A stretch of DNA of 60,340 nt. It comes from Chloroflexota bacterium. Its GTDB lineage: Bacteria; Chloroflexota; Anaerolineae; Epilineales; SHYO01. Under the pieces are notes generated by a model that was not told the DNA's origin, searched no databases, and saw only the letters and a program-made list of their open reading frames with translations. Positions within the stretch are counted from its first letter, which is position 1. Every line of letters starts with the position of its first letter. The translations under genes and the position numbers were made by a program. This document shows positions 8,284-16,964 of the stretch, piece after piece. The stretch is from contig SHYO01000002.1 of NCBI GenBank assembly GCA_009692745.1, positions 1 to 60,340 of the forward strand, in the 5' to 3' direction.

Positions 8284-9402
8284 CTACGTGACACTTGACC
8301 AACCTTGATCCTGTGCCAGTGCCACGAGGGAAGAAGGTCCGCTGGGGAGAGGAAGCTGTACCGGGATGTTACCCCGTCGTTGTGATTCGCAAATCGCCAT
8401 AATAATTTCCATAGAGGCACGACCATCCTCTCCGGTTGAGGTGATAGTCCCTTTTCCGTGTAGAGCTGCTACTAACTCCCGCGCCCCAAGAGCGAATACC
8501 GGTTCGGTGGGAATTCTGGGGAATCCCTCCCAGTCGAGCAGTTGCCACTCTATCTCGGGGGCATCCTCACGGGCTGCTTCAAAAGCGTCTAACCTGGAAT
8601 GAGAGATTTGAAAGCGATCGTAACCGAGTAGCATTACGCCGGATGTGCCTTGAATTTCAATTTCAAATCGCATATAGTCCGTCAGCTCGTTCACCAATGA
8701 GACTGCGGTGACGCCATTTTGGAAGTGCAGGATCGCCGAGCTATCATCTTCGACGGGGTACTGAGTTCGCTTGCGGCGTAAGGCGGTAGCCACCACCCAC
8801 TGTATATCTCCGGCAAACATCCGCATCAAGTCAAAGAGATGTGTCGCATCGTGCAGTAGCGGACCTTCAAATTCCGATTGCCAACCGGGTGAGGGTTTTG
8901 CTCCCTGGCAAACACCGTACATTGAAACTAATTCTCCAATCGCGCCTTGGCGCACCAGTTCTCGAGCATTTAAAAAAGTGGGATCCCAACGACGTGAATG
9001 GTTGACTGATAGTAAAACCCCATTTGTTTTGCAAGCATTAATAATCCGGTCACAGTCTGCCAAATCCAGGGCCATAGGCTTTTCACAAAAAATCCCCTTG
9101 GCGCCATTTAAAACGGCAGCCTCGACGATGTCAGCATGTAGACTCGGATGGGTAGCCACACAGACGATATCCGGTTTTTCTTTCTGCAACATTTCATGGT
9201 AATCCTGGTATAACGCATGTACCCCAAAGCGTTGGCCAAATTCCTCCAGCCGCTTCCGTCCGCGATTAGCGCCCGCGACTAATTCACAGTCAGGGTGGAT
9301 AAAAAACGCCCCGGCATGGGTTTCGCCGGTGGGGGGATTGGTTTCCCAGAGTGCCCCGACTCTACCTGTTCCGACAACCGCAACCCGGAATTTCCCAGAC
9401 AT
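8284..9402 (-). CDS. Gfo/Idh/MocA-family NAD(P)-dependent oxidoreductase
   Basis: Start MSGKFRVAVVGTGRVG (ATG 9402, GGAGG upstream). Rossmann GxGxxG and the EKP motif (FCEKPMAL). Confidence 0.85.
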   Translation of the reverse strand: MSGKFRVAVVGTGRVGALWETNPPTGETHAGAFFIHPDCELVAGANRGRKRLEEFGQRFGVHALYQDYHEMLQKEKPDIVCVATHPSLHADIVEAAVLNGAKGIFCEKPMALDLADCDRIINACKTNGVLLSVNHSRRWDPTFLNARELVRQGAIGELVSMYGVCQGAKPSPGWQSEFEGPLLHDATHLFDLMRMFAGDIQWVVATALRRKRTQYPVEDDSSAILHFQNGVTAVSLVNELTDYMRFEIEIQGTSGVMLLGYDRFQISHSRLDAFEAAREDAPEIEWQLLDWEGFPRIPTEPVFALGARELVAALHGKGTITSTGEDGRASMEIIMAICESQRRGNIPVQLPLPSGPSSLVALAQDQGWSSVT

Positions 9403-9777
9403 CTCAACCTCCATCTTTTGTATCAAAGTAGCGCGTTTTGTAGTCGATCATATCGTATTATATCAAAGGAGCGAGGATATATTGCCTGTCTTGCATCCAT
9501 CTGGCATACAAATTTGGAGCACTTATTTTATGTTTGCTCTGCATAAATTGAGAATTTTATCCGTGTAGTAAACGGAAAAATTCAAGTGGAAATTGAGTCG
9601 TACGCCTAATGTCTCAAAGTCAGCCTGGAATTGGGCGATATCGGCAGAATCTTAACAATAATAAATGTAATAAAGATATGATCTCCCTATTTCTTGCCGG
9701 GCAAGATACCATCAATCGCTGTTTTTGTCAACGCCAATTATCTGTATATTAATATATGCTTACAAGTCCAAATCCAC

Positions 9778-9805
9778 TTGACAATGAAACCCAATATGTT
9801 ATAAT
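9778..9805 (+). promoter_or_regulatory. sigma-70-type promoter: TTGACA (9778-9783), 16-nt spacer, TATAAT (9800-9805)
   Basis: Exact consensus hexamers in a 517-nt AT-rich divergent intergenic region. Lies about 115 nt upstream of the GTG at 9920. Confidence 0.6.
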
Positions 9806-9919
9806 GCTTGTATGATCTCAGTATTGCAAGATCAGGTCCGCTTTCAGTCTAGAAACCCAAAGGTATGGCTCCAAAATCGATCCCACGATCATCTGAAAAA
9901 GGAAGAGGAGAAGAGAATC

Positions 9920-11632
9920 GTGTCCCAAACAGTGTGGATTTACAACAAGAAGATCCGTAGTGTTGTGTGTCTCTTTGTTTTGCTGGCCCTGGTAGTAGGC
10001 TGCGCTGCTACTGCTACCCCAGCCCCCGCACCGGCGCAACCAGCCGCCGCAGCGACAAAGCCTCCCGTGGCGGCGCAACCGGCCCAGCCCACCAAGGCCG
10101 CCGAACCCGCCAAGCCCGCCGCCGCTGCTACCAACAACCAGTTGTTGCGCATGGTCACCCAATCTCCCGTCCAATTCCTGCGCCCCTGGGCCGAGGGCGG
10201 CGACACCAACCGGCATTGGATGGCCGATGTGTACATTCCGCCCTTCAACCGGAATGAGGATGGCTCTTTGTCCCCTGGCTTTGCCCTTAGTGTAGAGTCT
10301 TCCCCAGACGAATTGGAATGGACGCTCAAGCTCGATCCGAAAGCCGTCTTCTCTAACGGCAAACCCCTTACGGCCAAGGCCATCAAAGTGGCCTGGGAAT
10401 ATGGCGCCACGGCTGAGATGGCAGCCTCGTTTGGCGGCCATCTAAATATCATCGGCAACGTAGTAGGCATGCGTGATATCAATGCCGGAAAAGCTACGGA
10501 GGCGTCGGGATTGACCGCCAAGGATGACCAGACCCTGGTGATGAAGCTCGACAAGCCTACCCCCGGATTTAAGAATGGCCTGGGCAGCTACCTGTTAGGC
10601 GCGTTCGACGTAGAGCAGGCTAAAGCCGACCCAGACAAGTGGATGTTGAAGCCGGCCGCTTCCGGTCCTTATCAGGTGCAGTGGTTCCGTGATGACAATA
10701 AACTGGAACTGACCCCCAACCTAAAGTGGTGGCGCGATCCGGCTAAGATACAGAAGATTGTGATCAACATCGTGATCGACGGCCAGACCCGCTTGATTGC
10801 CTACGAAAACAATGAAGTGGACATCATGAAGGACACCGGCATCCTGGGCCAGCAACTGATTGAGAAATTCCCCAAAGAAATGATCCCGGTGCCCGGCACG
10901 GGCATCTTCTACCTCGGCATGAATGTCACCGCACCCGGGACAGACGATGTCAACGTGCGCAAAGCCCTGGTAATGGCGATCGACCGCAAAGCCACGTTCA
11001 AAGCCCTGTTCCCTCACATCCAGGTATGGGATCGCATCCTCCTGCCTGCCTATCAATGCTACGACACCACCAAGATCGAGGCTAAGTATGACCCGGCCGA
11101 AGCCAAGAAACTTCTGGCTGCCTCCAAATACGCCGGCAAGATGCCGGACATCACCATCACATACCCGGCTTCCATCGAGATCTGGGACCGGGTGTTTGCC
11201 GCCTATCAGCAACAGTGGAAGGCTAACCTGGGTATCGATGTGAAGCTTAATTCTCGGGCCAGTGGTGTAGTGGCCCCGCCGGATGCCCAGATATACCGAC
11301 TCAGCCTCGGTTCGCCCCTGGTGGATGCCGGCGACTATTTGACGAACCTGTCTTTTTCAGACGGTAATGTAAACCGGACCTCCACCCATATTAAAGATGC
11401 CGAAATCGATGCCTGGCTCAAAGAGGCTAACGGTTATAGAGGCGACGAGAAGGACAAGCGCTGCCCCTTATACAACAAGGTAGAAGCTCGACTGGTAAAT
11501 GACGCTATGATCTGGCCGCAATACCTGTCTCCGTATTACTGGGTTGTGAAGCCCTGGGTCAAGAATTTTACGGGCAATTCCAACCAGGAGATTCGTGGTC
11601 TGGGCAAGTTGGAAATCGTTGGTAGGCCGTAA
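9920..11632 (+). CDS. ABC transporter substrate-binding lipoprotein, family 5 (peptide/nickel/opine type)
   Basis: I prefer GTG 9920 (GGAGAAGAG upstream) over the ORF-track ATG 9812. Lipobox LALVVGC, then the Ala/Pro-rich linker (PAPAPAQPAAAATKPP...), then a family-5 SBP-like body. Confidence 0.8.
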   Translation: MSQTVWIYNKKIRSVVCLFVLLALVVGCAATATPAPAPAQPAAAATKPPVAAQPAQPTKAAEPAKPAAAATNNQLLRMVTQSPVQFLRPWAEGGDTNRHWMADVYIPPFNRNEDGSLSPGFALSVESSPDELEWTLKLDPKAVFSNGKPLTAKAIKVAWEYGATAEMAASFGGHLNIIGNVVGMRDINAGKATEASGLTAKDDQTLVMKLDKPTPGFKNGLGSYLLGAFDVEQAKADPDKWMLKPAASGPYQVQWFRDDNKLELTPNLKWWRDPAKIQKIVINIVIDGQTRLIAYENNEVDIMKDTGILGQQLIEKFPKEMIPVPGTGIFYLGMNVTAPGTDDVNVRKALVMAIDRKATFKALFPHIQVWDRILLPAYQCYDTTKIEAKYDPAEAKKLLAASKYAGKMPDITITYPASIEIWDRVFAAYQQQWKANLGIDVKLNSRASGVVAPPDAQIYRLSLGSPLVDAGDYLTNLSFSDGNVNRTSTHIKDAEIDAWLKEANGYRGDEKDKRCPLYNKVEARLVNDAMIWPQYLSPYYWVVKPWVKNFTGNSNQEIRGLGKLEIVGRP

Positions 11633-11709
11633 GTAACAGCATGACATACCCAACCAGGTTGGGCAACAACCTGGTTGGGTAGTCACCCTGTCAGTTATGA
11701 AGGAGCATT

Positions 11710-12654
11710 ATGTTTAAGGTATTAATCCGCCGTTTAGTGCTCTCGATTCCGGTGTTGTTGATGGTGATCACTATCACCTTTACCCTGGGGTACTTTGGGC
11801 CCGGCGATCCGCTGCTCTTTCAGTATGGCGAGCAGCCGCCCCCCGACATGCAAGCGCTGGAACGCGCCCGCCACGCGTATGGGCTAGACCGGCCCTTCCA
11901 TGAGCAGTTCTTCAGTTATGTTGCCGGATTATTTACGGGTAATCTTGGGCGCTCTCTTGTGGTGCAGCAAAAACGCCCGGTCACCGAAATGATGCAAAAA
12001 GGGTTACAGGTATCGGCCCAATTGGGCCTGGCGGCGCTGGTTTTGATGGTGATTGTTGGTATTCCGTTAGGCATTATCGCGGCCTATAACCAGAATTCCT
12101 GGCTGGATTACCTGATCGTATCCTCTTCAGCCTTGCTGCCCACCATTCCGCAATTTGTCATGGCGCCCATCTTGCTGATCATCTTCGTCCTCAACCTGGG
12201 ATGGATCAAGACCTCTTTTGGGTGGGATGGCACCGTCTTCAGCCAGAAAGCCATCTTGCCGCTCTTTATTCTAGTCATTGGGCCGCTGCTTACGGTGGTG
12301 CGCCAGACGCGTATCGGCATGGTTGAAACCCTGACCCAGGATTATATCCGCACCGCCCGCGCCAAAGGGTTATCTGAGACTAGAATTCTGGTGCGCCATG
12401 CCCTGAAACCCAGCATGGTCGCCGTCTCTACCTCTCTAGGATTTATTGCCGCCGGCTTGTTGACCGGCGCGTTGTTTGTAGAGAGCATTTTCGCCATTCC
12501 GGGCTTTGGCAGCCTGATCTACAATGGCCTGCGCTCCTCAGATTATCCCCTCATACTGGGTACAACTATGGTCAGCGTGATCATCTTGATGGTCACCAAT
12601 TTCATCGTGGATCTTTCCTACGCCTGGCTAGACCCTAGAGTTCGCACGGAGTAA
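11710..12654 (+). CDS. ABC transporter permease (DppB/OppB-like)
   Basis: Six hydrophobic segments. N-terminus MFKVLIRRLVLSIPVLL. EAA-like loop DYIRTARAKGLSE. Confidence 0.85.
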   Translation: MFKVLIRRLVLSIPVLLMVITITFTLGYFGPGDPLLFQYGEQPPPDMQALERARHAYGLDRPFHEQFFSYVAGLFTGNLGRSLVVQQKRPVTEMMQKGLQVSAQLGLAALVLMVIVGIPLGIIAAYNQNSWLDYLIVSSSALLPTIPQFVMAPILLIIFVLNLGWIKTSFGWDGTVFSQKAILPLFILVIGPLLTVVRQTRIGMVETLTQDYIRTARAKGLSETRILVRHALKPSMVAVSTSLGFIAAGLLTGALFVESIFAIPGFGSLIYNGLRSSDYPLILGTTMVSVIILMVTNFIVDLSYAWLDPRVRTE

Positions 12655-12656
12655 AC

Positions 12657-13628
12657 ATGGCGCAATCCAGCATTGGCCTTCAAACAGGTTTAGCACTGGG
12701 TCGTATGGAGCAGCGCAGCCTATGGCGCGATGCCATGCGGCGGCTGGTGCGCAATCGTATGGCGCTTTTCGGTTTGACGGTCGCCATTATCCTGGTGATC
12801 ACCGCTGTCTTTGGGCCGATGCTCACTCCATATGACTTTACCGCCACAGATTTAACCATCACCAGCCAACCTCCTAGCTTCCAGCACTGGCTGGGCACAG
12901 ATCCGGTAGGGCGGGATTTTCTAAGTCGCATCATGATGGGGGCGCGCACCGCCCTGTTAGTCGCTATTCTCACTACGTTTTTTAGCAACACCATCGGCAT
13001 CGTTCTGGGCGGCTTGGCTGCCTTCCGCGGTGGTTGGGTAGATATTTCCGTGATGCGTCTGGCAGAGGTGTTCATGGCTTTTCCTAGCCTGTTGTTAGCA
13101 GCATTCGTCAACGCCAGCATGAAGCGCCCTACAGCCCAAATCTTCGGTAATTTGAGCCAGACTACCGGGATGAAGTGGGTAGCCGATACCACCGTGATCG
13201 ATATGCTGGTGGTATTTGGCGCGCTCTCCATTGCTGCCTGGCCCTGGGCCGCCCGGTTGATTCGTGGCCAGATTCTCTCGCTGCGCGAAGAACTCTATGT
13301 GACAGCCGCCCAGGCCGTTGGCACCACCGATTGGGGTATCTTGCGCCGGCACCTCATTCCCAACGCCCTGGGGCCGATGATCGTGCGCATTACCATCGGC
13401 TTCGGCGGCGCCATGCTGGCCGAGTCCTCCTTGAGCTTCTTGGGTATCGGCGTTCAGCCTCCGGCTGCCAGTTGGGGCAAGATGATTAATGATGCCCTGA
13501 CCGGTTGGCGCTCTTACCCCCACCTGGTAATCGTGCCCGGCATGGTGTTGGCAATTGTGGTTTTCGCCTTCAATATGCTAGGCGATGGCCTAAACGATGC
13601 CCTCAACCCCCGTTCGCGAGGAAGGTAA
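12657..13628 (+). CDS. ABC transporter permease (DppC/OppC-like)
   Basis: HWLGTDPVGRDFLSRI motif and the YVTAAQAVG EAA loop. Starts 2 nt after the upstream stop. Confidence 0.85.
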   Translation: MAQSSIGLQTGLALGRMEQRSLWRDAMRRLVRNRMALFGLTVAIILVITAVFGPMLTPYDFTATDLTITSQPPSFQHWLGTDPVGRDFLSRIMMGARTALLVAILTTFFSNTIGIVLGGLAAFRGGWVDISVMRLAEVFMAFPSLLLAAFVNASMKRPTAQIFGNLSQTTGMKWVADTTVIDMLVVFGALSIAAWPWAARLIRGQILSLREELYVTAAQAVGTTDWGILRRHLIPNALGPMIVRITIGFGGAMLAESSLSFLGIGVQPPAASWGKMINDALTGWRSYPHLVIVPGMVLAIVVFAFNMLGDGLNDALNPRSRGR

Positions 13629-13731
13629 GGGGACAGAAGACACGGTGCAGCAAACAGGGTCACTCTGTTCCCTGTACTAAATTTCCTATCCCTTGTAACC
13701 TATCCCCTATATCTGCAGAGAGGATACTATA

Positions 13732-14736
13732 ATGATCAACATTGCCCTGATTGGCGCGGGTGGGATTGCCCAGTCCCATATTCCGGCGCTGAAAAAGATT
13801 CCCGATAAAGCGCGCGTTGTCGGTGTAGCCGACGTGGTGGCCGAACGGGCGCGCGAAGCCGCGGCCAAAATCGGTGCAGAGCGCTGGACTACAGACTATC
13901 GTGAGCTCTTGAGCTGGTCGGCTGTGGATGCGGTAGACATCTGTACGCCCAACGCCACCCATGGCGAGATTGCCCTGGCTGCTGCCTCAGCGGGTAAGCA
14001 TATGCTCGTCGAAAAGCCCCTGACCACCAATGTGGAGGAGGCTGATCGCCTGTTGGCATTAGCCGAGCGCAATCATGTGCAAATTATGGGCGGCCACACC
14101 CATCGTTTTAACGACTACAGCCTCAAGATGAAAGAAATCGTTACATCCGGTGAGATCGGCCAGCCTGTTTATTTGCGTTTCAGCCTCTATAGCCCCTTCT
14201 GGCGCAGTGATTGGACCCGCTGGATATTGGACCCGGCGCTCTCCGGCGGGCACATGTTTCAAAATGGTGTTCACATCATGGATCTCTGCAACTGGTGGTT
14301 GGGAGCGCAGCCGGTATCGGTGTATGCCCAGGGGCAGAAAGCCACCTCCGCCTATCTATCTGTATATGATTACATGCACTGCTTGATTAAGTATCAAAAC
14401 GATGCCATTGCCGTATGGGAGATCAGCCGGGCCAACCAGCCGGTTACTACCAATTATCGTGCCATCAGTCTGGTAGGTACCAAGGGTGCGCTCTACCTGG
14501 ACACCGACACTGAGAATGACACCATTGTCCGCGAGGGCGGGCCGGAGCACGTAGGGCTGGACGGCGGACATGGTTTCGAACGTATGATTCGGGAATGGGT
14601 AGAAGCGCTGACCAATGGCACAGAGCCACCCTGTCCCGGCCTGGCAGCCCGCCTGGCGGTGGAAATGTCGGCAGCGGGTGAGACATCTTTGGCAACCGGC
14701 AAGGTCGTGCCTATTTACGGCAGAAGTGGAGTATAG
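13732..14736 (+). CDS. Gfo/Idh/MocA-family oxidoreductase
   Basis: MINIALIGAGGIAQSH Rossmann motif and VEKPL motif. GAGAGGA RBS. Confidence 0.85.
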   Translation: MINIALIGAGGIAQSHIPALKKIPDKARVVGVADVVAERAREAAAKIGAERWTTDYRELLSWSAVDAVDICTPNATHGEIALAAASAGKHMLVEKPLTTNVEEADRLLALAERNHVQIMGGHTHRFNDYSLKMKEIVTSGEIGQPVYLRFSLYSPFWRSDWTRWILDPALSGGHMFQNGVHIMDLCNWWLGAQPVSVYAQGQKATSAYLSVYDYMHCLIKYQNDAIAVWEISRANQPVTTNYRAISLVGTKGALYLDTDTENDTIVREGGPEHVGLDGGHGFERMIREWVEALTNGTEPPCPGLAARLAVEMSAAGETSLATGKVVPIYGRSGV

Positions 14737-14738
14737 CC

Positions 14739-15776
14739 ATGCGTGACTCACAATCCCTCGGTGTAGTGGTTCTCAGCTATGAATCGGGGCATCAAAGCTC
14801 CATGTATGTGCCGGCGCTGCAAGCCAACTCCAAGGTACGCCTGGTAGCCGTGGCTGAAACTCCCGATGCCCCGGAAGCCGCCCGCGCCAAGGCGCGTGAC
14901 CAGGCTGCTGCGCTGGGCATCCCATACCGGGAAGACCTGGATACTTTGCTGTCAGAACCGGGTGTGGGTGCAGTGTGTCTCTGTTCTACCCTGGACCGGC
15001 GTCTGGCACTGGTGCGTAGCATCACCCGGGCTGGCAAAGCTATCTTCTCCGACAAACCCATGTGCCGCACTCTGGACGACGCTATCGGTATTGTGCGGTC
15101 GGTAGAAGCCGCCGGTGTGCCTTACATGATCGGCCATAACTACCGCTTTTCCGGTGTGGTGCAACGCGCTGTAAACGCGGTGCGCGCCGGTAAGGTGGGG
15201 CTGCCCTGGGCTATCCACGCTGAGTTATTGATCGGTGAAGGCGCCAACGCCTCGATGTTAGGCGAGATAACCAATTTCTTGCTCTACCCGGCAGACGCCG
15301 TGCGTTATATCGCTGGGAGCGACTACACAGAGGTCTATGCTGTGAGCGGCAGCCTTTTCTTTGACAACGCCAAAAAGCATCACGTAGAGGACCTGGGTGT
15401 GGTGGCTTTCCGTATGCAGCACGGCATTGTTGGCACTATCACTGTCGGGCGCACCCCTACCCGCCACATCAACGGTTATGACGGCGACCGCTGGATTCGC
15501 ATCCTGGGCTCCCACGGCGTATATCTGGGCGATGGGATGCATCCTTACATACGGGTCTACACTCAAGAGCGTGTGCGCCAGGTGCCCGTGGCCCGTAACC
15601 AGGTGGAAGCTATGATTGATCAATTTGTGGATAGCGCCATTGCTGGTAAAACCCCCTCCTGCAATGCGCGGGATGGCCTGGCGATGGTACAGTTAACCGA
15701 CGCAGTCTTACAGGCTGCGCGCCAAAATACGGTGGTATCCCTCACCCCGATTACCAATCTCTTGAAAGGAGACTAA
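14739..15776 (+). CDS. Gfo/Idh/MocA-like protein with a degenerate dinucleotide-binding motif
   Basis: Collinear with family members (SDKPM in place of EKP, GHNYRF). The N-terminus reads LGVVVLSYESGHQ instead of GxGxxG. Starts 2 nt after the upstream stop. Confidence 0.75.
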   Translation: MRDSQSLGVVVLSYESGHQSSMYVPALQANSKVRLVAVAETPDAPEAARAKARDQAAALGIPYREDLDTLLSEPGVGAVCLCSTLDRRLALVRSITRAGKAIFSDKPMCRTLDDAIGIVRSVEAAGVPYMIGHNYRFSGVVQRAVNAVRAGKVGLPWAIHAELLIGEGANASMLGEITNFLLYPADAVRYIAGSDYTEVYAVSGSLFFDNAKKHHVEDLGVVAFRMQHGIVGTITVGRTPTRHINGYDGDRWIRILGSHGVYLGDGMHPYIRVYTQERVRQVPVARNQVEAMIDQFVDSAIAGKTPSCNARDGLAMVQLTDAVLQAARQNTVVSLTPITNLLKGD

Positions 15777-15779
15777 GAT

Positions 15780-16853
15780 ATGACAACCTATCGTGCTGGA
15801 ATTATTGGTCTTAGAGGCATCGCTGCTGGTGCGCCTGAATCAGCTCCCCATCCGGTGCTGGGCATTCGCACACCCTACAATCACACCGCTGCCTATGCCC
15901 AGGTCCCGGCGACAGAATTGGTGGCAGTCTGTGACATCGCACCCGTTATGTTCGACAATTTCAAGGCGAACTGGGGCCAGCGCTGGCCGGAGACCAAAAC
16001 CTATACTGATTATCGTGAAATGCTGGCCCAGGCGCAGCTCGACATTTTAAGTATCTGCACGCCGGATAATTTGCACGCAGATATGGTCGTGGCCGCCGCT
16101 GAAGCTGGTGTCAAAGGTATCATCTGTGAGAAACCTCTGGCTACAACTATCCGGGACGCCGAGCGCATGATCGCTGCTGTAGAAAAACACGGGACCAAAA
16201 TGTCCGTTGACCACACCCGCCGCTGGATCTATGAATTTCACGAGGCGCGCGAGATGGTGCGCAAGGGGCGTATCGGCCAGCTTCAACGGATTGTGGCGAC
16301 CCTCAACGGGGAACGGGCTATGGTTTTCCGCAACGGTACCCATATTGTGGACTTGATCTGTTTCTTTGCCGAAAGCGACCCGGAGTGGGTGATGGGCGCC
16401 TTGGATGCCTCTTTCGATGGATACGGCCCCCGTTACGCCGGAGATGGCGGCCATAAGCCCTCCACTGATCCGGGTGTCTTGGGGATCGTCTCTTTTAATA
16501 ATGGTGTACGCGCGCTATACCAGGGATCGCAAAATACCGTTGGCTATTCCGGCATAGATGTTATAGGCAGCAAGGGGCGTATTCATATTGGCATTGTTTC
16601 CAACCAGTTCGAACTCTTCGTTCAAGGGACGGATGGCACCAACGAGTTGCTCCACAGAGATTTTCCCCGCTATCATACCACCCGTGGCGCTATACAAGCT
16701 GCTGTGGAGGAGATGGTGGAACTGATACAACATGGAGGCGAAAGCGTTTCTCCTCCACGAGACGCTTTTCGCACCGTCCAGATCATAGTAGGGTTTCTCC
16801 AGTCTCATCATAACGGCGGTTGCCGCGTAACGATGCCGATTAAGGACGCCTAG
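15780..16853 (+). CDS. Gfo/Idh/MocA-family oxidoreductase
   Basis: YRAGIIGLRGIAAG, CEKPLA and VDHTRRW motifs. Starts 3 nt after the upstream stop. Confidence 0.8.
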   Translation: MTTYRAGIIGLRGIAAGAPESAPHPVLGIRTPYNHTAAYAQVPATELVAVCDIAPVMFDNFKANWGQRWPETKTYTDYREMLAQAQLDILSICTPDNLHADMVVAAAEAGVKGIICEKPLATTIRDAERMIAAVEKHGTKMSVDHTRRWIYEFHEAREMVRKGRIGQLQRIVATLNGERAMVFRNGTHIVDLICFFAESDPEWVMGALDASFDGYGPRYAGDGGHKPSTDPGVLGIVSFNNGVRALYQGSQNTVGYSGIDVIGSKGRIHIGIVSNQFELFVQGTDGTNELLHRDFPRYHTTRGAIQAAVEEMVELIQHGGESVSPPRDAFRTVQIIVGFLQSHHNGGCRVTMPIKDA

Positions 16854-16886
16854 CAGCCTGTCAACTATAGTTTAACATGTAGTCTA

Positions 16887-16921
16887 GGGCCTTGTGCCCC
16901 TCCCCGCGCCCACAAGGCCCT
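16887..16921 (+). terminator. hairpin: AGGGCCTTGTG, 14-nt C-rich loop, CACAAGGCCCT
   Basis: Perfect 11-bp stem between the third oxidoreductase and the dipeptidase gene. No T-tract. Confidence 0.35.
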
Positions 16922-16964
16922 GGGCTACGACCTGTCACATGACTGAAATAAAAAGGATAGACTC

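Noticed and set aside
9609-9752. 47-codon ORF (MSQSQPGIGRYRQNLNNNKCNKDM...) in the 517-nt divergent intergenic region.
   Set aside because: There is no Shine-Dalgarno sequence, the codon composition is AT-rich and unlike neighbouring genes, and it would have to be transcribed from upstream of the consensus promoter it overlaps. It is more likely promoter/UP-element DNA.
9818-10554. Two long antisense ORFs (207 and 204 aa) plus a 96-aa sense-strand alternate-frame ORF inside the start of the substrate-binding protein gene.
   Set aside because: They lie over the GC-rich Ala/Pro-linker coding region, where stop codons are rare in all frames. Their products are Gly/Arg/Ala low-complexity strings with no RBS. 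The SBP frame has the lipobox and a coherent domain.
12680-13523. Antisense ORFs of 183 and 142 aa opposite the DppC-like permease gene.
   Set aside because: The permease frame has clear TM periodicity and the EAA loop. The antisense products are Arg/Pro/Ala-rich with no start context. This is the typical shadow-ORF pattern.
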